A DNA stretch of 64,000 nucleotides from Rhizodiscina lignyota (Eukaryota). Within the stretch, counting starts at the first letter, position 1. The number at the start of each line of letters is the position of its first letter. The notes beneath the pieces are model-generated. The model searched no databases. It was not told where the DNA came from and saw nothing but the letters and a program-made list of their open reading frames with translations. The stretch is from contig ML978137.1 in the NCBI GenBank assembly GCA_010015805.1, forward strand, positions 372,001 through 436,000. The letters are read 5' to 3'. Both the position numbers and the translations under genes were made by a program. Shown one piece after another: positions 48,258 to 61,928 of this stretch.

Positions 48258-49358
48258 CTTGACTAGTTCAAGCGATGAATGGGGATTGAAGATTGGTGTG
48301 AGTGGTGTGATATGAAGTCGGAAAGTAAGTGAGGTTCGATGATTAGTTGGGTATCTGGTTAGAGGGGATGTAGAAGGTAGAAAGGTCCTTGAGGCAAGGT
48401 GGAAGCTACATATATAGCCCCGTCTGCAAAAGCCGCCGAGAAGAATGACGTCGAATTGCTCTCGTAGCTTAAATAACGTTTGACTTCGAACCTTAATCGC
48501 TCCGATATCGAAGGCATAGGCATAAGGAATGGCGTCATAACACCGTGAAAATTGTTGAGATATTAGTGAATAACATATCAAATGACATCGGAGGGACAGC
48601 ACATTGTGTCTTTCGGGCCGCGCTTCGGCAGCTTTGGGAGCTAACAGTGAACAACACAGAAATGACGATGGCCATGACGGCATATTCACTTACGTTGAGA
48701 AGGCCCGCGGCAGAAAATTGGAACGGACTTGAATGTAGACTATCTGACGAAAAGAGAAACCATTCACGTGCGGCCATCCAACCCATGGACGCCGAAGTAA
48801 CCAGCAACGCCAAAGCCATGCATGCCTCTGCCATGCCAGTTCCGACAGTTGGACAATTCATGTCGAACCGCTAAAGCCTCCGAAGTAGACGTTTCCATCC
48901 TCCCCGATGTAGTGACCTGGCGCAAACTGATGATACAATCCTAGCAAACTCCGCATCAGTGAAATGAGGAAACGCAATGAGGAATTGCAACGAATAGAGA
49001 AATCCACGCGGAAAAAAAATAAAAATTATAACGCCGCCTCAAAATGTTTGCTAGATACCTTGAGGTGGGAAGGCGTATCCATTATAACTCGCCATCACTG
49101 ACTGCGGCTGACCAGTCGTATGATATGACTGCTGTGTATCTTGCGGCGGCATATCCATGATATAGTAATACCTCTGGGGTTGCATTACAGCTTGCGGCAA
49201 GACAGCGGGCTGCTTGAACTCCTCCCAATGATAAGGTATCGACAAAGGTAGAGGAAGACCCCAAGCATCCCGCCCTAGTGCGCTTTCCACATCAGCTAAA
49301 ATGAACAGCGCACAACTGCAGACTGTGCGAAGGACAACGCAACGCCAAATGGCGCCGC

Positions 49359-50442
49359 TCAGTAGGCACCTTGCGGCATTGCATAACCTCCAGCTCCCAT
49401 GTGCCCAGGTGCTTGCTGCGGTGGCGGCATCTGTCCAGGCTGCATCGGTGTGATCTGAGGCTGCGGTGGAGGCATCTGCTGCTGCATCTGCTGTGCTTGC
49501 TTGAGGTCGTTAAACCACGGATGACGAAGCGCATCTGCGGCGGAAATACGAAGTTCGGGTCGGAGCTGGAGCATCTGGCTAAGCAGGTTCAGGCCCACTT
49601 GATCGATTTGGGGAAGAATGAGACGGAGGTCTTGTGTGGCGTAGACATGAACGTTTGGCTTGTACTCTGGGAATTGCGAGATTCCAGGCCAGCTGCGCTC
49701 GGATGGCGTGCCCATGAGACGGAAAATCTTCTGGAGCTGGTCCTCGTTTGTGGTGCCAGGGAACAGAGGCTTTCCAGTATACATTTCCGACATGATACAG
49801 CCAGCGGACCAGATGTCGATACTAGTATTGTATGTTCGGCTGCCGAGGAGAACATCTGGTGCACGGTACCAGAGTGTGACGACTTCGTTGGAGAATGTAT
49901 TCACTGGAATTCCAAAGGCACGGGCAAGGCCAAAGTCCGCAAGCTTCAACTGGCCTTTTGTGTTGATGAGGAGATTCTGTGGCTTGAGGTCACGGTGGAG
50001 GACGCGGTTCTCATGGCAGAATGCGATACCACGCAGTAACTGGTACATGAAAGATTTGATGGTGGCCGCATCCAGAGCTCCGCGCTGACCGTACGTATCC
50101 ATGTATTTCTTCAGATCCTTATCCATAAACTCGAAGACTAGCATAAGCTTATTCTCTGTGTGGATGACATCGTGTAGCGATACTATATTCTCGTGCTTGA
50201 GCTCCTTCATGAGAGAAATCTCGCGGATAGCGGTCGAGGGGGTGCCTTCTTCGGAATCGAGATGGATTTCCTTCAGCGCCACGAATTCGCCAGTCTGGCG
50301 ATTTCGCCCTTTGAAGACCTATCAAGAGTGAAGGTTAGTCGCAGTCCCATAATTCAAGATCATACGAGGATCGTACAGTTGCATATGTACCCTCTCCCAG
50401 CTTCTCCAGCTGCTGGAACGAGCTTGGATGTCTTCCGTTCAT
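49359..50442 (-). CDS. PHO85: Cyclin-dependent kinase Pho85/PhoA
   Basis: '[58 protein letters not shown]', 'HRDLKPQN', '[25 protein letters not shown]'. Intron 50319-50376. Confidence 0.98.
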
Positions 50443-51418
50443 TGGTGCGATTTTCTCTGAGCCACCAAGGCTTCTGACGCTGATGGAGGAATCTGTACGC
50501 TGCTCGAGGTCGAGTGTAGCAACGTGTGTCGGTCTTAACTTCCCTGGTGGAGGCCTGGAAGTGTATCTGGGATCGAAGAGGATTGCGCCTGCAGTGGTGA
50601 GCTGACTCGCGATGGCCAGTGGGGATGGTGGGGCGGTGCTGGAACGAGAAGTAGCTTTAGAGGTTGATTGCGCCGTTGTAGAGGAAGTGAGCCGTGTGAA
50701 GGAGGGAAGTCCTGGGTGGCGACGTGTTGGGAGGGAGAGGCGGTGTCTTAAATGTGCAGTTCCTGTTCCTGATGGCAAATGGAAGTGTAAACGGGCAGGT
50801 GGTGAAGGCCGGGGCTGGGCTGGCGTCTGCAAAAATGACTCTACGATTCCTGGCCAATCAGGTGGTTAGTCGCTTCCACCTTTGAGGTTTCGAGCCGCCA
50901 GCAGCTGCGAAAATGATATCCAACCTTTTTAAGAGTCGTCTTTGGATGACTGCGTCCCGAGAGTGTCTATGAATAGCATTTGCAAATGCCGTTCCGGGAG
51001 CAAGGCGCTTCGTGTCTAATAAGACATATCACAGTCGCAGATCGCTAATACTTAGTTTCTCGCACAGTCTTGTATTGCCATGGTTGCTAACTGAAAGGTG
51101 AAGAGCCATACATCGCAAGAGGACGAACAGAAAATGCCATGAAGGAGAGCCATTCCCGGAGCGCCTGCAAGAATTCTATCGTGACCACCAGCAACAGGTC
51201 CCTTCACTGTGGCCCAGCCCGTCCAGCCACAGAGACCAATCCGCCGACACAAACGACGAACTCATGAATTAAAAACATTCGAAATGCCCAGGCACGCAAT
51301 GTCGACAGAGAAAATGGGGTCATCCGAAGCGCTAAACTGCACCACGCTGTTCTAACTTTTCTCGCTGAGCGCAGCAGCCTTTAGGTTGTAGACGATGTCT
51401 TGCCGGATCCACGGCTCA

Positions 51419-51829
51419 TTACTTCTTCTCGCTGAGCGGGACCTTCTTCTTCGGCGTGAAAACGGCCTCCTGGTTGGTCATTCTCCTGCCAAGAGCCCTC
51501 TCCAGCTTCGCGCCGAGTGCGAGACATGACAGCTCCTCCCTCTTACCCTCAGAAGGCATGAATCGTTGGCTTTGTAGTCTGGCATCTTCCATGCGCTGCA
51601 GACGGGTGTGGAGAGTGTTCAACTGGTTCTCGTCGACATCGCTAGACGAGATTGTGCTGAAGCGCTTCGGCGAGGTGCAGGTAGCACGAGAGATGTCGAG
51701 GGAGCGCTTAGGATCGACGGAGAGGCGAGAAGGAGCCACGGACGGCGTCAAGGTAGTGACGGAGTAGGTAGAGAAGCGCGTCGATGCGCGGCGGTTGGGC
51801 TTGTGAGCTGCGTTAGTAATAGCGTCCAT
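51419..51829 (-). CDS. Small hypothetical fungal protein
   Basis: ATG at 51829 just downstream of a TATA-like tract (51863-51870). Coding-like C-terminus 'RLQSQRFMPS..LSCLALGAKLERALGRRMTNQEAVF'. Confidence 0.7.
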   Translation of the reverse strand: MDAITNAAHKPNRRASTRFSTYSVTTLTPSVAPSRLSVDPKRSLDISRATCTSPKRFSTISSSDVDENQLNTLHTRLQRMEDARLQSQRFMPSEGKREELSCLALGAKLERALGRRMTNQEAVFTPKKKVPLSEKK

Positions 51830-53653
51830 TCCATGCGACCCGACGGGTGTGTGCCCGCCGGTATATATAAGGACAGGATGAGGACAGAGGCATTGCAACT
51901 CACCATAGCGCGTGATGTCTCAAGCATTGTTGCAGACATTCTAGTTGTGATGTGGTCGAACTGTGCGGTGGTGTAGGTGGTGTGAGGTGTTCGGGTCTTG
52001 AAGCGAGGACAAAGGAATCGACCGGGCGGGTTTCACAAGCACGGCAAGACAGCTGGATGCGCCCAGGATGATTGCCACGTCGTTCAGTCAGGGCGGAATG
52101 TGCGTGTCGGATTGTCGAAAGGGACGCCTGTGTGGTGTTTTGCGAGAATCAAGGAGGTTGGGCGTGTGTCGGTCAGCGGCGGGTGGTGAGAGCTGCGGGG
52201 AGGGATGGATGGAGCTTGACGTGCAGCTGCTTGATGGAGATGTAGCAAGGTGACACCAACGGCTGACTCCACTGGCGGCGTGTGAAGGGATGAAGGGTGA
52301 GGAAAAGAAACGGTCAAGCCTCTGATGCTATAAAGAGGTGGAGCCGTTGCGCGCAAGGGTTGGTTAGGGGCGGGCGTGAGGAGATTGAAGGGCAGCCGCT
52401 GCGCCCTCCCATTCGCCGGCGGGCCGTGGTAGCAGCGGCGGCGCACGAGGCGAGATCAACCTTCCCACGTGGCTTTCGAGCGTCGCGTGGACGACACGAT
52501 TGATTCGGCAACGCTCGCTCACACGCTCCATATAGCTCTCATGCTATGGATGTATGTCAGACACCTAGCTGCCTCCCCTCTCTGCAAAGGCATTCCTTTT
52601 GCCGTTCTTCTAGCTGGATGCGCGTGTAGCTTCAATTGCCAGTAAGCATCAGCCACTTCCTCCACGCCCAAAGCGCTGTCAAGCCTGATAATCGTGGCCA
52701 AAAAGGGATCAGCACCATGTCGGGACTTGCGAATTCAAGGCAATTGAGGGGTGGGATCCGGCTTGACCTTCCACAACCAAGGACCCAAGGCAGAAGCGTT
52801 CAAGAATCGGGCAGCTTGGACGGCATTCTAAGGATTCCATGGCAAGGGGGACGGTTATCGCCTAAATTCTCCTTCGATCGCCATCTCACGCCACAACCTT
52901 CTTCAGCACGGTTGAATCCTTCATGCAAAATGGTCTATAGAGACGATTGTCATATAATAAATAGACAGCGTGTAGAAGCGTGACAGTCCTCTAGCTTCGC
53001 CTCTGGCTTGGAGGTAGTCCGCTGTACTCCGTACAACGTAACTCGTCTTCCGTTTCAGGGCGGAAAGGGGTAATGTCAAACTCGACGTTCTCGCAACGGG
53101 TTCGTGCAGCGTCGCCCGTCTATTCTTGCGAGTCAAGCGGAGCACAGATGTGCGGGTCTTGTCGGATTGGAAAGATATCAGTGTGCCGTTGTGCCGTCAC
53201 GATTGAACTCGTACTACTTCGTAATTCTAGAAGCAGGTTCGCAGACTGGCTCTCGGCCTGCGTTTACGACGCTAGCGTTAGACCAGACGCACCTGCCCTG
53301 GCTCATACCAACTCCAGCCTGGATGGAATTGGGATGGACACGCACAGGTGGATAACGTCTCAAGTATCTCCATAACGAGGCGAAATCATTTGGCGCGTCG
53401 AGGATTCAAGGTGTCTCTCAGAAATGCCGAACCTGTCAAAGGCAGTAAGAGGCCGCCCATTGCTGTATCAGCGATGATGCAGAACAGGTATTCAGTTCAA
53501 CTCGAGTTCGACAAGTCCAAATATAGAGTATGGAGGAACCTGGTGGGCATAGGTAGTGAAGATGATGTAGACAGAAGATACGTACAGTGACGAGATCTGC
53601 TGTTCGTTTGCCTCAGCCTTGTGTCCTTCCCTTGGCACGAGAGATCGAGCGCG

Positions 53654-53695
53654 AGGCTGCGTACATAAGGCTGCGTACATAAGGCTGCATACATA
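53654..53695 (+). repeat. Three tandem copies of a 14 bp unit AGGCTGCGTACATA (one mismatch)
   Basis: Read directly. Confidence 0.9.
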
Positions 53696-54326
53696 AAGAG
53701 ACCTCACATGTCATTGCGGGGTGTCTTCACAGTCTGTGAGAGCATTCGGAGACCAAACACTCTTGATGTCCTGCTCCCAGTCGCTCATCAACTGCGACTT
53801 GCCGCTCTTTATGAATGCCTTAAGCCAAGACATCCTACACTTCTTCCTTCTATATTGCGTTGAGAGGTAGGAGAGAGGCCTCGGATATGATGTGTGTTTG
53901 GCAGTCACGCAGGAGACGTTGCCCAAGACCAACTGAAGCCATCAACACGCTCCTTCTGGCGTATTTGCTCGTTTGTTGACGCTCTCTACTCATCATCAAA
54001 TAGATTTTGTTGCATTGGAAAGTTTTCCTTCACGCACGGGGTGCATTGGAAGGACGATAAGAATTCCCCGCTCCGAGCAAACAGAGAACAACCAAGGCGC
54101 CTTATTTAGGACCTGCTTACGCTCACGACGTCTTTTATTGCAAATTTCGATCTTCACAGGAGCTTCACAGCATCGTGCTACGACTTTGCACTTGGCCGTT
54201 TCAGGTTGGCGTGACTGGAGGCCCCGCAAAACTTCAACCTTCCACCGCGTCCTCCTGACGCGCACTCTGCTTCCTACATCAAGGTCTTCCACGACACACG
54301 CGCCCTTGACGTCTAGGAGTCTCAAA

Positions 54327-56802
54327 ATGGCGACAAATGAAGCCGGCTTGAATGGCAAAAGAAAGGTATGCCGCATCTTCTCCCGCACTCTTCCCCCAGA
54401 GTGCTTCAGCGCTTCCCACTGCTCGTTTCCTCCGGCTGTAGAGAAAACATCCAGTCTTCAGTGGTTTGCTATACCATTAGCAGGAGTACATTGAGCGCAG
54501 CATGAAGTCCCCTCCTGCACGCATCACGGCTTCCACGTACCCTGCAGATTCCAAGCTCGCTGCTGGAAAGTGAAAGCACGCAGAGATGATTAACTTTTCA
54601 CCCAGGCCGATACAGAATTACCAGTGGATCCAACTCGAAATGTCCGATCTAAGACAGCACCACCTCCAGCCCTAAAGGAATTTGAGTATCAATTTAAGGT
54701 CTTAACAAATGTCCCGACCCAGTTACCGTTCTTTGCGGAGACAGCGCAAAGTATCATAGATCTCTATGCTGTACAAGTCCCTTTAACTCAGACAGCACTT
54801 GCACCTCTCGTCCAGTTTCTGCAAGACCAGGGAGCAGACGAAACAAAGGTTCAAGCAGCTTGTACAATATGGCAGAACAACGTCGACTTGAGCACTCTTC
54901 GCCAAATTGGGGCTCGATGTGGAACATCCGAAGCTGTGAAGGAAGCATTACATGCTCTGATTCTTGGATTTGGGGATGTCCCTCAATCCCAAATCACAGA
55001 CCAGGTCCAAGCGCGTCTCAACGCGTCTATTCGTGCATCTTTGCAAGAGACGGGATCTAATGCTGGGGCGTCTCGTATGGAAGCAGAGCAACAGGTCGTC
55101 GGCCAACCATCGAAGCCGCGAGGGCAAAAAGAACCTCAACGTGCCTTTGACGATGAACCACGCCATAAACATCGTGAAATAACAGGTGTTTCGGAGGCAA
55201 TTCACAAGCCCACTGGACAGCCAAAGGCCCCGGAGCAAGCACAGCTCCAGGCAACATCTGGTTATGACCAAGATCGAAATACAGAAGGACGTAGACCTTT
55301 ACTCTCAATGCCTGGAAGTGCCACTATACAACAGACACTTGGGCCGGGTGAGAAATTGAATCTGTCCCGTAGCACACCTGCCAATGGCCTGGGAGAATCA
55401 AGAGGTGGACCGAGCGCACTTCATAAATCCGCCCAGGAACAGAATACTACTATATCGGAATCCGTGGACCAGGACGCTCTCAACCAGCTGATAGCCGAAA
55501 GTTCACAGCACTTCAAGCAAGAAAGAGATCCTTTGTCCTTATTGGAAGCGACGCTGAACGGAGAGAACCAGAAGCAGCCAACAGATCTTAAGAAGGAGAA
55601 AGAGCCTGAGTTGAAGATCAAGGATAGGGCTACTGGTCGGCCTATGGGCGGTAGCTTACCTCCAACGCCCCTCTCAGCAACTCCAACCAAAGCCCTGCAA
55701 CATGCGTCTGCCGTGGAAGGTCGAAGTGGATTTCATCCTTTTACACGCACCAACTCCTCTCCTGAGGATAAGGCAGATGATAATCGTAGAGATCATAGTC
55801 CCATACGCCGAGATCCCGATCGCCGAGGTTCATGGCACATTGACTCTTACAGACCAAACGACTTTACCAATGCCTGGTCCGATCCACTGGATGTATCACT
55901 TGCGGACCGCATATCCGGTCGTGAAGCTCCAAAGGCGGTGAGTTCAAGACCGCAGCGTCCAAATGTTTGCTACTGAATTCAACAATGTAATAGATCTACT
56001 ACCACGCTGACACTCTTCACAGGATCCACCATACCTTCCGCAGAACAAGATGACTTGCTACTTCTGGTTCTGTCAAGGCAGTTGCAGCAGAGGACACAGA
56101 TGTAGTTTTCTTCATGAACTCTCCGACTACGTTGCAGAATATATCTCCGGATACGGAAAGCCGCACAATATCCCCTTGAGGATCATTCAGATGGACACTA
56201 TGGAGGCTACCAGAGAAGCTACACTTGCAAACGCCAGATCCAGGAAAGCTCCACCCATGCCTGATACTCCGCACGAATTATTTCCGAAACATCGAGTCCC
56301 GCTATCTGATACGCCAATTGTTGATGAACTATGGGGGGCCACTGCGATCACTCTGGGGCTTAGAAACTCAGCAATCAGTACAATCATTAAGCATATCAAG
56401 GAGAGACATGGTCACTCTCCACGGGTGAGTCGCTCTTAGGCATGCCTGATCCATTTCATAACTTTTACTTATGCCCAGCAGGAGTTCGTGACGGAGCTTT
56501 ACGATGAGAACGGGAAGATGTCGAACTACGATCTTAGCACCAACAGCGGCCTGCACAGCAAGCTTATGGGATTGTTCAACCAAGCTCCTACGTCTTTCGA
56601 CCCCCAGGCGGTTCGGCTCCGAATGGAGGACATGCTTCGTCCTTTCCTTGTCGCCAACAAGTCAAAGTTTCTCGACTTCCCTCACCATGCGTTTTCGACA
56701 ACCAAGCCAGACGAACGTGAGCATTTGAAGAGTATTCGGGAGCCAATTCATAAGAACTGGAGCCAGACATTTCATCGCTCGCCTCCTGCTCGGGAGCTTT
56801 AA
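54327..56802 (+). CDS. CCCH zinc-finger protein, largely low-complexity
   Basis: 'TCYFWFCQGSCSRGHRCSFLH' (C-x7-C-x5-C-x3-H). Probable introns near 54366-54605, 55938-56023 and 56425-56481. Confidence 0.7.
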
Positions 56803-58015
56803 TGCACGTTGTATGGACGTATTCAGACGCATTTGTCTGGGAGTTCTATGGCTGGGGGTTCACAACATAGATCAGGTTTCGGGAAATTCGCTTCACCTTG
56901 CAGTCATTGATGCATTATAACTGTTAGTGCATAATCGGCGGGCCCTGACAGCTCCCAATCGACGTCGTTACCTGGGACGGCCACCGTCTAGCCTCTACAC
57001 TGGGCGCGAGCGTAGGGCATCAAAAGTACTTTCGTATTCGGCATCAGATTTTCAGCATAAGCAAAATGAGAATTTCAGGCAGTTCCTCCACGTAGCCTGG
57101 TATCACAGGAGGAATGGAAGACATCACTTATCAGACTGTTCGTTACTAGCAAAGGGGATTCAACTGGCTTAAGCGTCACAGGTAGCAGTCACACTATATA
57201 CGGTAGCAAATCTGATGCGTTCAGAGAGCCTTGAGATATTCATCGAGGACACTTGTAGTCCGGCCTCGTGCTCGTCGAGGTGATGTGAGCATGAGGTGGG
57301 CCAATCCACTGCCTTGTTTCCCCTCCACGTGCATTCCTGCGCCCCAAATGGCTAGCCAGCCAGCCAAATGCCAGCCGGCTCCCTTTGAACCCCCCGACCC
57401 GCGAATGCCCAGCTGCCGCGGGCAGCTCTGGCTTTGCCCTGCGTGAGCTACCTTGCCCACCTTGCCTTTAGCAGCACTCCTCGATGCGAGCTCCCCACCT
57501 CCCCCTCCGACATTGCATCCCATATCAGACGGAAGACTCACAACACCCTGCTCTTGCTTCCCAACAATCTGCAGACGCTCAACAGGCCCCGTATCCTGAT
57601 AACAGCCATAAATCGGCACTCACGCTCTTTGTTTCGACTCCTGCAAACGTGCGGCTCGCCAGCGAGCCAGGCCCGGATACCGTACCATCGCGGGTCACCT
57701 TCCCCGCGCAACCAAGCACCAGACTGTACTGCTGGGCGGTGCAGGTGGACAGCCAAGCCCACGTCTGTCTCGTCCGTAATCCCTATACCTTTTCACGCTC
57801 TCGGAACACCTCGCATCACGGGTTGAGGCTCATTCACGGGACCGAATCACCAGGCGGATGACAGAGCTGCGCGATCTCTGAGATCATCAGGCACCGCTTG
57901 CAGCTCCACAGGTACACTCTCTTAAGCGCCAGACGTCATGGACTTTGGATTTGGCTAACAATCTCGCAAAGCCCCTTACAAACAATCAGCGTCCACCGAG
58001 CCTTCCATCATTTGA

Positions 58016-61000
58016 ATGCCCTCATCATCGAAACGTTCGTCTGAGTCGAAGCAATCGAGCAACAACCGTCAACGCAACCGAGCCCAGCAATCCCTGGGTT
58101 TAGAGAACCTGCAAGCGCGTGCTACTAGTAGTGTGCAGAATAATGAGTTGGGAAGAACTGATAAATATGCGGAGAGAACAAATAAGATTCATCCCGTGAA
58201 ATTGTACGTTCCGTCCTTACTCCCCCCACATGAGACTCAGCGGGCATGTTACCGGCAGCTCTACTCCTACACCCCTCTTCTATCCAGAGTTACACCTTTA
58301 AGCTGACATTCCCTTGCGCAGGTCAAGATCACCATCCGCGACCTACCGATATCCAGTAGCGAAATCGCCTCCCAACCAGCCGTACAATGTGACAAAGTCT
58401 CCACTGATATCAGCGCTTGGAACAACAGCCAACGGCGCTACCCAGTACACTAGCGATTGGGCAAAGTCTATTCCATACCTCAACAACGCACGACAAACTG
58501 GGCAAACTGCACCGACAAATGTGAGCGGATCATCCCCGCCCTCGCAAAGTCGCCCGCGCGACGCGTCCAGTCATGCCCACTTATCACCATCCCCACCAGC
58601 AAACGTTGGAGGACGACCACTCAGCCATCCAAATAGTATTTCTTCGTTCGGAGGCCGCTATCAGCAGTCTCCACCATCCAACATGTACGCGGCAAGTCGG
58701 CGAGCGTCAATGTATTCGCAGTACGGCCAGCGACCGCTGAGCGGCCATATCCCGTTACCCCATGAAGATCAGCCACACTTCTACGGTGCACCTCAGTTAG
58801 ATTTTGGGATAGCCGGGGGCGCTCCTGGCGCTGACAAGATAAAGCCTGGCGACCGCGGCTATTTTTGTGGTTTCGACGCCCTGGACGGCGCAGGAGATGC
58901 TGCTTCTGTAGGAGTCGAGAATGTCATAATCACGGGCTACGAGGGAGGGCTGGAAATATCGTCCGTCGAGCATGATGGGGCACAGCTCATAGGTGTTTTG
59001 GATGGCCTACCAGGCGGTGTGTTTGGCGCAAAACTACTACCGTGGAATGACCGGACCGATCCATGCGCTTCTCTTCGACCGCTCGTTGCAATTGTGCTTC
59101 ATGGCCCTGTCATATCTGATCAAAATACTCCAAAAGGCGAGAAGCCTTCCGACGGTGGTAGCGAAAACGCTCTCACAGATAGTCCCCCGATGAACCCAAA
59201 TTTAAGTCGCAGCGAAGAAGCTCTATCTCGAATCACCAATTACCAGACGACAGTAGAGGTGTGGTCTTTGCAGAGCAACAAACGGATATCCACTCTTTAC
59301 ATTTCTCCTCCCGTTTCGGTGACGCAGCCATACGACGGCTCTGACTTTGAGCCGCCAAGACCAGTGGGCGATATCACGCTGGACGCATGTGGCAAGTTCA
59401 TTGCTGTTGCTTTGGGTGGCAATAATGGAGAACTCTACATGTTTACCCTATCTCCTGATGCTACAGACGAGACGAGCGAGAGATTCCGCTGCATTGGCAA
59501 GTTATGGACCTCTGTGCAACCACGGCAGCAACCAGCACCAAGTACATCAAATAGCACAGGTGCTTTCCCTCCAGATCTCGATGTCGGCACACCACATAGC
59601 GCACCTCTCTTCTCCTTGAATGATCGATGGCTCGCCATTGTTCCACCACCATCCGGTTCACAGTTTTCGTTCTATGGCACACCACTCAACAAAAGCTTGG
59701 GCAATCAGATCCCCGGAATGACAAGCTCGGTAGCGCCTTCAATGCCGGCTATCAACTGCGCAGTGGATACTCCAGATGATCGCTTCATCAACCGTGTGTC
59801 GCGTGAGATGGCGAAGAATTTCGTCAGAGGTGCGCAGTGGGTTGGTGATCAAGGAAAACAATGGTGGAAGCACTACACAAGCAAAGATCCTTCTCCTCCA
59901 GCCGCACAGAACGGCTTTTACCCGGGACCTCCAGCATACCCAACTGAACAGCAGTCGAACTTTCCACCTACACATGCTCTCGGTAGCGCGTCTCAATCCA
60001 CTTCTGAGCCTCCCATTGTTGCGATTTACGATCTTAATCGCCTTTTACTCGCTGTCGATAAGAAATCAAAGAACGCACTCAATCCTATTGCCGCGTTTGA
60101 ACAGCCACTTGGCTGTAGCTTCCTCTCTTTTGCACCGAGCGGCCTACATCTGCTTACTGTGAACAAAAAGGGCGACACGCAGATCTTGTGGGATCTGAAG
60201 AGAATGTGCCACGGTCGAGGAGCGCCTACAGCAGCGAGAGGCAGTTCTATCTATGGACCGCACGTCCGAGAAGCCACTCGCTTTATCCGTGTCACCGATA
60301 CGAATGTCGTGGATGTCATTTGGAGCGCGCCGAAAGATGACAAAGTTGCGATCCTCACGGAGGTGGGCACTCTTCATGTTCACCACATTCCACAAGATGC
60401 ACTGCAGTGGCCTCCACCGAGACGGATCGCACGATCGACGCAGCCGCATCAAAGTCATAGTGCTCATCCGAGCACCGCTGCGAGCCCCGAACCGCCATCG
60501 CCATCGCACAGATCGCGATTAAACTCCGCAGTCGATGCTGTAAATGGCGCTGCTACTTCCTGGCTCTCGTCCATACGCTCCCGGAGTCTCAGCAATGGAC
60601 ATAATATCCCGTCTCTCAACAGTTTGTCACTCACGCCTGCAGTGGGTGCAAAGAGTGCCAAGGCGGTCGCTGCGAGCGCTGGCAGAACCATTGGCAAAGG
60701 TGTTCACTATATTCAACATGCAAAGGATAACAAAATTTATCTAAATGCCGCCAATGGAGGAACGCCGCGCTCTGCTGTGTGGATGACTGGGAAAAGCCGC
60801 GGTCTGATAGCTACTGTTGCAGATGGAAATGTGAAGACATTCCGTACGCGGATTGTGGTTGACCCAGCGAGGGGTGGAAAAGACGCTAGGAGAACGGTCG
60901 TTAAGATCTTGAACCAGATCCCGCTGAACGGGCTGCCATGCCCCCGGATCGCACCAGCAGTGACGGATCAGTTGGTTCCACCATCGTCGAAGGATCACAA

Positions 61001-61544
61001 CTCTGGAAACTCACAGATTGAGGGCCAAGGCGGACAAGGAGATCTGCCTAACAATGACTCCGGCAAGGAAACGCAGGGAATGTGGCAGCCCCGCTCGCCC
61101 ACAATGCCAGGCTTCCGCCAAGATCGCAACCAACAAGACAAGACCGAGTGGCGGGCTTACGCAGAGGTCCACTCGACCTGTGACTATGCTAAATTCCACA
61201 CAGATCCTCGCGTTTCCCTATTTGTGTACGCCGATCCGGGAACCAGCTCCTCTGCGATCTTCAGCGGCCACCATGGTGACGAGGAGCATCATGACCACCA
61301 GCAGCAGGAGCACAATCTGCACCATGTAGACGACAGCTCGCCCTGGGTCTTTGGGCTCGATATTCCGACGAGGAAGATCAGCTCGGGTGCCGCTGCGGCC
61401 GTCAAGGCGGGCATCATTGCTGGGGAAGATGGCGCGGCGGATCTGGTCTGGAGTAGTAGGGAGCGTGGTGCTGATGGAGAGGATGCCGAGGGCTTCTTTG
61501 AGGATGACGTTGATGTCATCGACTTTGCAGAAGACCGTGTCTGA
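58016..61544 (+). CDS. BCAS3-like WD40/beta-propeller protein
   Basis: ORF over 1000 aa with 'GYFCGFD', 'GYEGGL', 'PLFSLNDRWLAIVPP', 'GCSFLSFAPSGLHLLTVNKKGD'. First intron 58204-58321 in phase. Family call from recalled motif similarity. Confidence 0.72.
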
Positions 61545-61928
61545 TCTCGGATCGAGCCGAAGTGGATTCTGTCCTGAAACTATGCGGCGGGCGACTATAC
61601 ATACATATCATGCATACCTTTATGGCCCCCCTGGACGAGCGATTACATCGTTGGTGCGTCTTCGCTTGCTTATTGCATAATGGAAGTCACGGCGCGGCGT
61701 TCTTTGCATCTGTTCACAATCTCGGTGCAGCACATGGATATATGGAGGGCGCGATTATTGGTTAAACACTGTTGAGATCGAATACCCTACTACCTGTTTG
61801 CTGCACACCTTGGTGTTGGGGTTTGGGATAGAAGGAGCGCCTGAACCGCTACACTCTGCTAATTCACAATGCATAGTCAATATAAATCAATTCATACTAC
61901 ATTTAGTACGCCTTGCAGCCCTAACTTT

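Noticed and set aside
49371..50088. Long antisense ORFs over PHO85 (similar ones over POB3, DCR2 and the AsaB-like gene)
   Set aside because: Expected shadow ORFs from codon bias of real genes on the opposite strand.
43347..53695. Short tandem repeats (43347-43397, 53654-53695) as CRISPR-like arrays
   Set aside because: No spacers, eukaryotic context; ordinary minisatellites.
51900..54300. Short ORFs such as 53348-53590 and 53711-53932
   Set aside because: No homology cues or convincing gene structure; cannot be supported without expression data.
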